From: Octopus bimaculoides
Taxonomy: Eukaryota
DNA length: 64,000 bases
Direction of reading: 5' to 3'
Assembly: GCF_001194135.2 (NCBI RefSeq)
Contig: NC_068994.1
Coordinates: forward strand, 39,719,949-39,783,948
Position numbers and translations under genes: made by a program. Shown piece by piece: positions 41,811 through 54,680 of this stretch. Within the stretch, counting starts at the first letter, position 1; each line of letters opens with the position of its first letter. The notes under the pieces are model-generated. The model made no database searches. It had not been told where the DNA came from and saw nothing but the letters and a program-made list of their open reading frames with translations.

Positions 41811-44193
41811 AAGTTATATAAGCATAGTAGAAGCAATGAGGCTAGCAACATATGTTATACTAATTAACATTTAAACATCTTTTGATTTATAACTGACTGT
41901 TAAAGTGGAACATATTTAATTAGATAGCTGGCTTAATCACCATAACTTTATAATTATATTTGAATCTTTAACGAGCAACAAACAGTGTATGAGCCATAGT
42001 TACTCTTTTCCAAGGGAATAAAGTAATTTTGTGATCTCATTGCTGAAGTAAATAACCCTTTACCGCAAAACATCCATCCCTATCACATAGATTAAAAATA
42101 TATACCAATACATTCTTACTATAGCTTTTCCATGAGTATCAAAGATGCATTATAGCCACTAAAGCCCCCAGACAAAAGATTCACTCACAAACAATTACTG
42201 TGTTATCATTAAACACAGCCGTCCTTATGCATAATCACTGTTTTCACTGCTATGTTGAGATTGATTAAAAAGAAAAAGAAAAAGAAAAAGTAAATGAGAA
42301 ATGAAGAATAAAAAAAACAAAAATTATGCTAACTCTCTTTTGCTTTGATTGATTGCACTACATTTTCATTTCAATTAAATGTAAGCTCAAATGGCTGAAT
42401 TATTTGAAAGTAGTATTCGAAGGGAAATTTTTCTGTTATGGCGTGTTAGTAATGATTTCATATAATGTGGAATTATTAAATATGTATTTAGAATACATTT
42501 ATGGATAAAATGTGAAAGATCTTTAATGTGAAATGTTGACAAAGATAATCAAGATAGTTTAATAGCAAAAATTCAAATAAAAGTTCATATAGCTTTGTGT
42601 TGTTCACTAACACAGATTAATATACTTTCATGTTAAACTCTAAAACAGAAAAAAAAAAGGTTAATATACATTATTGTTAAACCTTTTCAATAGCATTAGT
42701 TTTAATGTTTAAACTTCAATAAAAGCTGATAGTTGTCAATTTTAAACATAATAATAGAAATAATTCCAATTGTAGGTGTTCTTCAATGATGCATTACATT
42801 CAATCTAGTTGATATTCAATAAAAGCAGTTGTCATTTGAAGTGTGTTCCTAGTTACATTTGCTATGTAATGAAGTATTCAGCCTTGCAGGAAAACACACG
42901 TGCACACACACAAACACACACATACATTCATATACACACACACACAAACACACACATACATTCATATACACACAAACAAAATGTATTTAAAATGCTGTCA
43001 TACTGACCTCTATCTCGTATTATATTTATAAGTCTCTTGGGTTTTGAACTCCGGTGAATACTTCGGTGGGTTACAGATTAATTTGATTTAATGAGGGATG
43101 TTCAATATGATTTTTTTTTTTAAATGAAAAAGTATTTACATGCATAAAGAAATATTTTGGTTGTATGTATGTAGGTATATATACATGAAAGTATGTAAGC
43201 ATGTATGTGTGTGAATTGTGTGCATGTATGCGCACATGTGTGTGTGCATGTGTGCTTGTGTGTATCTGTGTGTGTGCATGTATCTTCAAGTGTATGTTTG
43301 TGTGTTTTTCTGTGTATGCACAAAATAAGCATTGCAAGTGTCTGAGTTTATATTGCGATCACTGTATGAAGTCTGTCTCAAGTCTGCAAATACATTAGGC
43401 CAGAGCTTATCCAGGGTTCCTTGGTGTATAAGTAATTGAGAGGAGAAGCCACCCTCCCAGATGTGATTCTAGTCCATGACAGAGGTTATCCCAAAACTGC
43501 TTCCCAGGTTTTGTTGGAAATCATTCTCAGGTCAGTGGACAGGAGCAATGTGAAATGAAGTGTTTTGCTCAAGGATACAACATGCTACCCAGTAGCATCG
43601 TCCCATATGGGTCAGCCACATTTAGGTGGCAAATAGACTTCACAATGTCATGCTGCTACTGTTTAATTCTCGCTCAGAGATTTATAATTATATATATANN
43701 NNNNNNNNNNNNNNNNNNNNNNNNNNNNNNNNNNNNNNNNNNNNNNNNNNNNNNNNNNNNNNNNNNNNNNNNNNNNNNNNNNNNNNNNNNNNNNNNNNNN
43801 NNNNNNNNNNNNNNNNNNNNNNNNNNNNNNNNNNNNNNNNNNNNNNNNNNNNNNNNNNNNNNNNNNNNNNNNNNNNNNNNNNNNNNNNNNNNNNNNNNNN
43901 NNNNNNNNNNNNNNNNNNNNNNNNNNNNNNNNNNNNNNNNNNNNNNNNNNNNNNNNNNNNNNNNNNNNNNNNNNNNNNNNNNNNNNNNNNNNNNNNNNNN
44001 NNNNNNNNNNNNNNNNNNNNNNNNNNNNNNNNNNNNNNNNNNNNNNNNNNNNNNNNNNNNNNNNNNNNNNNNNNNNNNNNNNNNNNNNNNNNNNNNNNNN
44101 NNNNNNNNNNNNNNNNNNNNNNNNNNNNNNNNNNNNNNNNNNNNNNNNNNNNNNNNNNNNNNNNNNNNNNNNNNNNNNNNNNNNNNNNNNNNN

Positions 44194-44231
<38 letters not shown>

Positions 44232-47200
44232 CAGATAGATAGATACATAGATAGATATATAGATAGATAGATACAACCGGCTTCTTTCAGTTTCCGTCTA
44301 CCAAATCCACTCAGAAGGCTTTGGTCAGCCCAAGGCTATAATAGAAGACACATGCTTAGGGTGCTACACAGTGGGATTGAACCCCTGGTAGATAATTTTT
44401 CCAAACCTTATACATATGTATTTCCAAAGTGAATATCTTTACATAACAAACCTTAGCTCTACAGATATTTGCTAATGTGGGAGAAAAAAATGGAATGTAT
44501 GTAACACATGTCAATGTCGATACACATTTGCTGAAAGGTAACTGTCTTAAAGATCAAACTAACATAGATATTTTTCTATTATGAATTCTATAACCCACAC
44601 CGATGGATCTCAATACATAGTAATGTTTTCCATCATCTCAAAATTTTAAAGCATGATAATAAGAGTGACATAACAACATTTTATTTTATTTATTTTATTT
44701 TTTTGTTTTTTGACTAATGTCAAAACTCAGTAGTGTTGCTTGCAAGATAACCGGTCATGCCAAACCATGAAAACAGCGAAAGAAATCTCTCTGAATGTCA
44801 AATTTTTGAGACATCATATATATGTCAGCTATTCATATTTTAACATCATTCACCTTTCATCTTCAGTACATGCAAAATGAATAAAAGAGATGTAGTAAAA
44901 CAAAAAGTATGAGTTGCATTTTTGTTTTAAAAACATTAAAAAAAATTATGCAAAGAAACTTGAGTTGCTCTTATTTACTTTTACCAATATGTTGTCAACA
45001 AATATATATATAGATAATACTAACATTTGGGTTTAAAAAAATTGAGCTATGACTTATTTTACTTTTAACATAATAGGTTTTGGATTCAAACCTTGCTACA
45101 GTTGTTGTGTCTTGTATATTCAGGGCATGGTATATTTCCCTGTCTGCTCCAGTCTACCTTGCAGAAGACTGATAAATAGATTCATCAACAAAATGACGAT
45201 GATGATAATTATGATGATGAACACAATCATGATCATCATCATCGTCCGCACCACTATTTAGCATCTGTTTTCCAGGCTGTCATTGGTTGGCCGATTCAAC
45301 AAGAGTTGGTGAGCCAGAGGACTGCACCAAGCTAGCTTCAATGGTTCCTATGACTGGATGCCCTTTCTAATGCTAATCGGTTTACACATTGTATTGAGTA
45401 CGTTTTACATGATACTGGCACTTGTGAGGTCACCAAGTAATTTGCAAGACAAGGCCTATCCATAATGAAGGGTCTTCGTGCACATCTGCATGTGTATATG
45501 TAGCTGTATATAACTACATACACACACACACATGCACAGACACATACACACCTGCACTCCCTACACACATATACACATACATACACACACACACATGCAC
45601 AGACACATACACACCTGCACTCCCTACACACATATACACATACATACACACAACATATAGACACACATGCACACACACACATACACACAAGATACACACT
45701 ACATACACACACACATGTAGTTTATATATAGAGCACGTTGATATGGTTGCTTTAACTCCTGGAGGTAGGTACCAAATCTCCCTCCAATTTAACTTAATAA
45801 AAATAAATTTGCAAAAAATAGTCGTGGTTACATAAAAAAAAATGAAACGGCTGTGTCTGTAATGCTTTTGATAATAGGCCTGTTCAATCAGCTAAACACC
45901 AAGGAAACACTATCATATTAAAACACATTCTCTTTGAAAATTTCTAATAAACTTTAAAGGCACACTGAATTGTAGAATTAGCTAGAAAAACTAATGCTGT
46001 AGTTTTAACATTAAACTTCTATAAACAGTAGTTGGTCACATGTAACTCATCTAGACATCTGGTGTTTTGATATTATCTGATATCATTCTCTTGCAACTAT
46101 AGAGATTCATTTTTATCATAATTTGGTTTTGAAATTGGGTTTTAACCATTTCAGCTATAAGACAGTAATGAACCGATAACTTCTTAGAAGTGTCGCGATA
46201 AGTGACAACTTCATGTTAGAAACCTAAAATTTCTGACTCAATAACAGATATTTATCTTTTATCAAGTGTATCTTAGAATTCTTACAAACAAGTAAAATGA
46301 AATATCTACTACAAGCTAGTAATAAACTTGATTCTTCTGTCTAACACCTTGTCTGCAAAGATAGTAGCTGATATCTTTGAAAACATATCAAAAGGAAACT
46401 AGTTAGGAAAGTTTACTGGATTGTGAGCTTGATAAGTGATTTGAAAAAAGACACATTGTAATTTTCTTATAGCATTTAAATCAAGCGTGTAAACAAAGTG
46501 AGAGGAGAGATGGACAGGGAAAGGGAATTTATCTTGGATCACTCTGAAGAATTCATCCTTCATTTTGGCAAGTTACAAACAAGCATTTAAAAGAAATAGA
46601 ATTAATAAATAGTAATTTCTTATTTTCCAGTTGTGTGAATTTTCATTAATTATAAAAACAAATGGTAATTAATTTACTAATGTATATAATGTCCTAAATT
46701 AGTTCAATGATCAAAACATGACATAGGCAAGATCATAGAATAAGGTCATTTATTACGGTAGTAGTATCCAGATGGTGCACTGTGGCACAACTAAGTGTTT
46801 TGAGAAAATTATGAAAATTATATTAAAAGAAGAAGAGAATAATACAAGCTAAAATTAGAAATATAAAGTTTTCATAACTATATTTTATCTGTTGAATAAA
46901 AAAATGTAGTTTAAGGCTTCCTGCAGTATAAATAATTTATATCTATAGGCTAAAATATATAGAACTCATTTTTTAATACATTTTCTTTGACATTAGACAC
47001 AAAATGTACCAAAATAGTCTTTTATCATAAAAAGTAATAACACAACAACAACAATAACAACAAGCATTTTCAAATCCATTTTCTCTGCTAATGCAAGGGG
47101 CAAAAGAGAAGAAGACTATCATGTGGCTTACAAGACCCTATGACAGTCTTTTCCATTTTGCCCTACATCTTCCTTCATCAGCCTTTGTGTCTTGATTTGA

Positions 47201-47309
47201 ATTAAGTACAAATGTATATCTATACATGTAATATGAAGTAACAAAATGTGTCAGGGATAGGAAAGGCATCTTACACATAAATTGACACTCTGTCAGTTAT
47301 GATGATGAT

Positions 47310-47600
47310 TGTTCCACTTGATCTCATCAATGGAACAGCCTGCTCATGAAATTAACATGCAAGTGACTGAGCAGTCCACAGATACATGTACACTTAATGT
47401 AGTTCTCAGGGAAACTCAGTATAACACACTAAATATGACAAGGCTAGCCCTTTGAATTACAAGTACAACTCATTTTTGCCAGCTGAATGGACTGGAGCAA
47501 TGTGAAAGTAAAGTGTCTTGCTCAAGGACAATGCACCACCAGGAACTGAACTCCTGACCTTACAATCATGAGTCAAATACCCTAACCACTAAGCCACACA
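47310..47600 (-). mobile_element. SINE family B copy
   Basis: Collinear with 17232-17513. Confidence 0.8.
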
Positions 47601-47860
47601 TGTTTACAGGGAAGGTTTCTAAATGCAATACAAAACACTGCAGCAAAAATAGGCCTCATGATAATTTTCTGTAAAGTGTATAGTGAATAAAAAAAAAAAG
47701 TTTAAGAACCACTGGTCGAAATCTTCATCCATTTTTATGATCAGAGCTATGATCAAAAGAATTCTAACCATGACCATTCTATCTTTTTTAGTGGATATCA
47801 AGAACTACTTCAAAATATTAATTTTCAGTTTGAATTCAAAGTCTAACAGCATGCATATTA

Positions 47861-48044
47861 CATCGTGGGATAAGGTTATGCAGGTAATATCACGGAATAA
47901 GGCATTGCATGTAAGATCATGGAATAGGGTCATATGTGTAAGATCATGGAATAACATCACACATTTAAGATCATTGAATACGATCATACACATGAGATCA
48001 TGTTAGTTCACTCATGTAAGATTATGGAATTAGGTCATATGTAA
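47861..48044. repeat. Degenerate 27-bp minisatellite, ~7 units
   Basis: Units start at 47861, 47888, 47915, 47942, 47969, 47996 and 48020. Approximate consensus gatcatggaatarggtcatrcatgtaa. Confidence 0.85.
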
Positions 48045-48191
48045 TATTATAAAAAAGACACTTAAAAATGTAGTACACATTATTTTTTGAGAAAATAGCA
48101 AATGAATAATTTTTTCTAGGGCAGTTAATATTAGTTTACTCAAAATTAAGAAACCACTGCTTTTAACTCCATCATTTTCAATTATTCTTAC

Positions 48192-48218
48192 CTTAGCATC
48201 TATCTGTCTTTTCTGCCA
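48192..48218 (-). CDS. Candidate 27-nt phase 0-0 microexon of the protocadherin tail (WQKRQIDAK)
   Basis: Minus strand reads cactcactttccagccattcag|TGGCAGAAAAGACAGATAGATGCTAAG|gtaaga. It has a strong donor, is in frame with the phase-0 donor at 48453, and leaves a 234-nt intron. Confidence 0.6.
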
Positions 48219-48452
48219 CTGAATGGCTGGAAAGTGAGTGTCTAAAAGCTATTATAAGAATATCTATTTAAAGTAAATTAAAATCAATGTTGGGGGTTTG
48301 AACCCACTGTAAATAGACAGGACGGTCATGATAAAAATGTTTTAGATCATTAGTCAAATTTATCCGGGGTGACCTAGGGCAAAACAGTAACAAAAACAAC
48401 AGCAACAACATAAATTTAATTAGTGAAATAATAATGTTGAATTGTCACTCAC

Positions 48453-50873
48453 TTGTGATGTTTCTTCAGTGGTAGCTGGCCAAGGAATTCCTGTTTGCAA
48501 ACTTTCTCTGTTAGGATTCATTTGTCTCCTTGCACTCACAAGTTGTTGCATTTTGCTTTCCTCACCAGAAAGTGTTGTCACTGGGACATCATATTGGAAT
48601 GACATAGGCTCCCCTAAATCAGTTTGGTGGTTATCATCTGAACTACGATAAGACATGTTTGTCCCACGTCTTAGTTTAGAATTTTTATTATTACTGCCTT
48701 TTACAATGCAAATTGTTATAGACACAACGAGTACAACAGATACTGCTACCGCTGCAACAATGATAATGATGAATAAATTAATATGTATTTTGTTGTCAGA
48801 CTGTGTATCAATAGCAGTGAATAATTTAGCTGTTGTATTACTTACAGTTAGAGTTAAAGATAGTGTTGTTGTTGCTGATAAGCTTGGTGTGCCACTGTCT
48901 TTGACAGCCAAATGAAGCTCAAATGACCCAGCATCATTTTGATGAACTGGCCGAGAGAATGACAAAACTCCTGTGTAAGGATTAATAGCAAATAAATATT
49001 TAGTATTGCCTCCTCGAAGTTCATATTTAAGAAAAGCATTTTGTCGACTGTCTCGGTCTGCAGCTCTTAATGTTGTAATGTCACTTTTACTCTGTGGATG
49101 GTAGTGAACATCAAGACTGAATGGGTTAACACTGGGAAAGATGAAATATGGTGCATTGTCATTTTCGTCCATAATTTCCACAATAACCTTTGCTGTGTCA
49201 TTAAGTGATGGTACCCCATTGTCTTTAACTAAAACTTTGAACTCATAAATTTCTTGCTGTTCACGGTCCAACAATTTTGTAGTAGAGATAAATCCAAAAT
49301 TAGATATTTCAAAAGGAAGAAAATGTCTATTGCTTTTGAATATCGTGTAAGTAAGATGACCTCCAGGTCCCAAATCAGGATCAGTAGCATTAACAAAGCC
49401 AACAGGAAAATTTGGCCTTTCATTCTCATAAGTTAGAAATTTAAAAGTATCTTTTGTGAATTGTGGTTGTACATCATTGACATCTATCACTTGAATGGAG
49501 AACTTTCTTTCTGTTTTCAGCGGAGGAGATCCTTTGTCTTGACAAGTTATAGTAAAATTTATATATTTCTCAATCTCTCTGTCAACACGATTTTTTATAA
49601 CCACTTTATATTTCTTTATTCCTCGACTCTGTAGTTGAAATTTATCACTGTCAAGATTACAGCTGATCTCTCCATTTTCTCCAATGTCATTATCAATAAT
49701 TTTCAGATAAGCTATAAAGTTGCCAACTTGTATATCTTCAGAAATCATGGCAGTGCTTCCTGATGACTCTGAGAAGAAATTCATATCAATAGTTGGTGCA
49801 TTGTTCTGTTGATTGATAATATTTACAAGTATAACAACAATTGAACTCAAAGGTGGGCTACCTTCATCCCTGGCTTCAATAAATAACTTAAATCTTTTTC
49901 TCTTTTCCTGACTATATTGTTCATTAAGGAAAATTTCTCCAGTTATTTCATTTAATCTGAAGTATGTTTTAACCAATTCCGAAGTTTTAGAACTAAAATA
50001 ATATTGAACCTTGCTGTTTTTACCAGAATCCATGTCTGTTGCAACAATCATTACAATTGGCCTATCTAGTTGGTGTTGGTTGTTAATGGTAACATTATAG
50101 AGATTTTGAGAGAATACTGGAGAATTATCATTTATATCTCCTACAGATATTTCAACTTGCAATGTGCCTTGGTTCTGTGGAAAACCTCCATCTTTAGCAA
50201 TGACTTCTAACATATAGGTCTCTTGTATCTCTCTGTCTAACTTATTTTCTAAAGTGATTCCAAGGGAATAAGAACCATCAACCCTTTTTGAAAGGGCAAG
50301 TGAAAACGGATCATCATGATTTTTTATTAATTCATAGTTGATCTGGGAATTCAATAAGCCAACATCACTGTCAATAGCATTAGGAATTGATTTAGTCATT
50401 CCTTTTCGATCCCCTTCAGAGAATTGAAGCTGAATTAGTCTGTTAGGAAATTCAGGCCGATGGTCATTGATATCTTCTATAATTACCTTGATTTCTAATA
50501 TTTTAATGAAAAATTTTTCTCTTTGCACAGCAACATCAAGCATTTTAAAGCATTCTTTATTGTAGCTACAAAGTGTCTCTGCATCTAGAGTCTGTGTTGT
50601 GTATAGTTTTCCTCTTTTGGTGACATTGAATAACTGAGGAATGTCAGAATTATGTTTTATTTGGCTGAAACTTATATGACCTTTGACTGGAAATGTTTCT
50701 ACAAAATGTGTATCGATGTCAATATCTCCAATATAAGTATTAGATCTTTTACCTTCTTCAACATGGTAAGTCACATCAACACAGAGACAAGATGTTATAA
50801 AGATCATGAGAAAAATCAACGGCATCAACATATCGCTAGTGAAAAATGTTGCTAAGCAACAGTGGTTGATCAT
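48453..50873 (-). CDS. PCDH: Protocadherin, large coding exon (signal peptide, EC1-EC6, TM, proximal cytoplasmic tail)
   Basis: 889-codon ORF 48420-51089. Its first ~60 codons are intronic: an acceptor (ttttcttttttgtcagttgcag) precedes 50910. First ATG after it is 50873 (aaaATG; alternatives 50831 and 50825), followed by the hydrophobic signal MLMPLIFLMIFITSCLC. Cadherin motifs: DAETLC-x4-C, DINDHRPEF, AIDSD, LDRE, DINDNSPVF, DVNDVQPQF, ATDPD, DENDNAPYF. TM is IIIIVAAVAVSVVLVVSITICIV. Phase-0 donor CAA|GTGAGT after 48453; unspliced read-through ends VSDNSTLLFH* at 48420. Confidence 0.96.
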
Positions 50874-52617
50874 TTTTAAAGAGAGGGCCTCATGTGATGG
50901 TTCAGAAAATCTGCAACTGACAAAAAAGAAAATAAACAAATTGTGTTTATATTGAGAATATATACTTTCTTTCCAAAATACTTTTAAGGAGTGTTTTAAA
51001 AAAGTGTGTTTATACCCCATGTCATGCAGCAGAAATAGTGATAAGAAAAATTCATGAGAATTCATTCCTTCAAGAAGACACATATACAAAATTGATATGT
51101 TCGAATGTAGTTATTTAGCAAGAGAAAAGCTTTATAGATATATATGTATATTTTTAACTATATTTTCTGGACTTGAAGGTGATAAGAATGTACAAGTATA
51201 CATAAAATATAAGTTTTATGCTTCTACAAGAAGAAAACCCTGCTGGGATGCTGCAAATGAAAAGTAAGTGTCATTGCAAGTGAAATTTTTCTTAAGACAT
51301 TTTCTTTTAGCATTTCTAAATGGTGTAATAGCAAAATATCTGGCTGTGTCTTAACATCAAAAATCATCCTAATGTGTGATAAAATGTTACTATATCATGT
51401 GGAAAAGAAAAATGATAAATAAATTTTTTTAAAAACTGGTGAGAGCCTAGAAAACATTACATCTTAAGAACTGTTTCAGTAGCTGATTCACTTCTTTACA
51501 TTAAATATTAAAAATGTTTAAAACTGAACAAAGTATTCAAGGTATGAATACATGCTTCACTAAAGATGATATCAATGGCTACATATAATTAAGTTAGACA
51601 GATATCTGTAATGTAAGCTGGATAATATCTAGGACAGTTACCAACTTTCTAAATCATTGAAGTAATTCGAGAATTATTTGGAGATAGTTTTGCCGAAAAA
51701 CTCATCAATTATTGGAAAAAAAACTAAAGCCATATCAGATACTGTTCTATCCAGTCTTCCTAAACTCTGAACCATAAAAAAGAGAAGCTAAAATAAGTAA
51801 AATATAACCATGACAAATGATTATATATATTTATATAAACACAACATTTCTATAATTATTCATAGTATGGCTATACCAGATCAATGGTAACAATATTTAT
51901 TGACAGTAGCCCAAGAAATGATTTTTGGCACATTAATCCTATCAGTAGTCATGTCAAATATATCTGACAGAACCACATCATACCTCCTCTACACTTGTCA
52001 GCCTCTTTCACATAAAATCTCTAGGTTGCCTGCCCCTGCGAATGACAAGCAACCATTTTTGTCATCTCTTGACAAATTCAATTAACTTTCCTGATCACAT
52101 TTCACTGCCTGTCTTGGAATAAAAACCTCTATAACTCCCAGAGCAGGAAGCAAGATGGCTTAACTTAGCATTGATCAAGTTAAATTGTGTAGGATAAGTG
52201 ATAAATGGGAGTCGTTTCACCTGGGATTTTTGCATAATAAATCTTTTGTTGCCATGTAGAATCTTGAAATTAGATCAGAATAGCCAGTTGAGGCATTTCC
52301 TGCACACGGTTAATAAATAAACTTGATCAGTTTACTTAACGTAAAGTCTAGCACAGCAAGAATATTGATGATAGTGTTGAAATGAATGAAGAAGATAAAT
52401 TGAATTTATCCAGCAAGCAGTTTACCAAGCTATGCATAGTAAATAAGAGCAAGTATAGGATTTTATCTCCCTAGTGTTCATGATAAACACATTTTATAAG
52501 TATGAAAATTTTATAAGTATGAAAAGATGAATCTATTTTATTATTTCTCAATTTACAATGAGAGTTATCAAAATACATGAGACCCAAATAATATGCATGC
52601 AAACAGATTCATTATAT

Positions 52618-52671
<54 letters not shown>

Positions 52672-53187
52672 TTATATATGTATATATATATATACATACA
52701 CATATATATATATGTGTGTATATGTACATACATATATATATGTATGTACAACTTTACTTTGTTATATATGTATGTATATAGACATATACCTCGCTAGATA
52801 GATAGATAGAGACATACATATGACTATATATATATGTCTGTGTACATGTATACATAAAATACACATACGCACACATGCACACAAGCCTACAATATAAACA
52901 GACACTGTAAGTTTAGTATAGTTTCTGATTCTATCCCTTCTCATTTTCTTGTTCCCTTTACTTCTCTTTGATATAGGGTATAACCCGAAACGTTAGATCT
53001 TGCTCTATTTCTTTCAGTTGGTGTATTTACTTTCATTGTCCACATTCTTTGATTGTTATTGTTTTGTTTCATTTTCCATCCATTCTTCCATCTTTTTGCT
53101 TGTCTAACTTCATTCATTATTTACTTGTTTGCCTTTTTCTTTACCCCAATCTTCTGCATTTCACATATATGTTTTTCATCTACCCAT

Positions 53188-53229
<42 letters not shown>

Positions 53230-53230
53230 T

Positions 53231-53263
<33 letters not shown>

Positions 53264-53426
53264 AGTGTGAATGTGTGTTTGTCTGTGCCTGTCTGTATAT
53301 ATANNNNNNNNNNNNNNNNNNNNNNNNNNNNNNNNNNNNNNNNNNNNNNNNNNNNNNNNNNNNNNNNNNNNNNNNNNNNNNNNNNNNNNNNNNNNNNNNN
53401 NNNNNNNNNNNNNNNNNNNNNNNNNN

Positions 53427-53467
<41 letters not shown>

Positions 53468-54006
53468 TCATCATCATCATCATATATATATGTATATATG
53501 CATATAAATATTTATGTAAATATGTACATAAATAAACTTATATATGTGTTCACTTACACATACATAAATATATGTGACTATATTTTGAGTCCATCATTAT
53601 TATCATCATTTTTACTTTCCTTTCAAAGCTGGCATGAGTTAGAAGCAACATTACAATCTATTCTAATTCTTATTTAGTTCTACTGCTTTCCTAGACAGGT
53701 CAGATAAATATGTCTGAAACATAGGATTTACTTTTGGTATGATTTCAATGGAAGGACACCCTTCTTAATACCACCTATACTAGAAAGGATGCTGGGTGCT
53801 GATTACAATGGCTCTCACAATATTCAGCTAGGGTCTTTTGCAATCCACTCAGTACCAAACATTTTAAACAAAGTGCTGAATGTGCTCTACTGTGGTCCCA
53901 ACACTACAAAATTTGCACTGTACTCCATAATATTAAATACATCTGTATCATGTATTTATATATGTATATATGCATATATATATATATATATATACATGCA
54001 AGCACT

Positions 54007-54057
<51 letters not shown>

Positions 54058-54167
54058 CATCTATACAAGTTTACACTTAGGGATGTCAGAAAAGATCAGC
54101 TGCAACATAATCAATTACAGATCAAATTCTAGACAAAACAATTTCACCAAGCTGAGAAGAAATAGAA

Positions 54168-54202
<35 letters not shown>

Positions 54203-54204
54203 AT

Positions 54205-54585
54205 AAGATAAGTGGCATTCCATCTGTTACGATGATGAGGGTTCCAGATGATCTGATCAATGGAACAGCCTGCTTGTGAAATTAATGTGGTGAGGACTCC
54301 ACAGACAAGTGTACCCTTAATGTAGTTCTTGGGGAGATTCAGCATGACACAGAGTGTGGCACAAAGGCTGGCCCTTTGAAATACAGGTACAACAGAAACA
54401 GGAAGAAAGAGAGAAAGAAAGTTGTGGTGAAAGTGTACAGCAGAGTTCGCCACCACCCCCTGCCAGAGCCTCATGGAGCTTTTGGTGTTTTCACTCAATA
54501 AATACTCACAACGCCCAGTCTGGGAATCGAAACTGCAATCCTACGACTGCGTGTCTGCTGCCCTAACCAATGGGCCATTGCGCCT
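54205..54585 (-). mobile_element. SINE sharing the family B 3' half but with a different tRNA-like head
   Basis: Head aggcgcaatggcccattggttaggg...gtttcgattccc. 3' part from tgtacctgtatttcaaagggccagcc matches family B. Confidence 0.8.
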
Positions 54586-54605
54586 TTACTATATATATAT
54601 ATACA

Positions 54606-54680
54606 CTTTATTTAAAAGCAGCAGAAATATAACAAAAAAGCCGTTACTTTTTGTTATATTTCTGCTGCTTTTAAATAAAG
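54606..54680. repeat. Perfect inverted repeat: 33-bp arms, 9-nt loop
   Basis: 54606-54638 is the exact reverse complement of 54648-54680 (checked base by base). Confidence 0.95.

Noticed and set aside
42189-42249. Minus-strand exon-like unit with strong acceptor and GTGAGT donor
   Set aside because: All three frames are closed. It could be non-coding, but nothing else supports it.
45515-45650. 63-bp tandem duplication giving the CRECRCVCV ORFs
   Set aside because: Slippage within a CA microsatellite, not a Cys-rich protein.
47861-48044. CRISPR-like array
   Set aside because: Contiguous degenerate units with no spacers, in eukaryotic intronic context.
48442-50855. Small plus-strand ORFs overlapping the Pcdh
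   Set aside because: Antisense shadows of the coding exon.
50911-51089. N-terminal 60 codons of the 889-aa ORF
   Set aside because: They lie upstream of a strong splice acceptor and the signal peptide; fortuitously open intron sequence.
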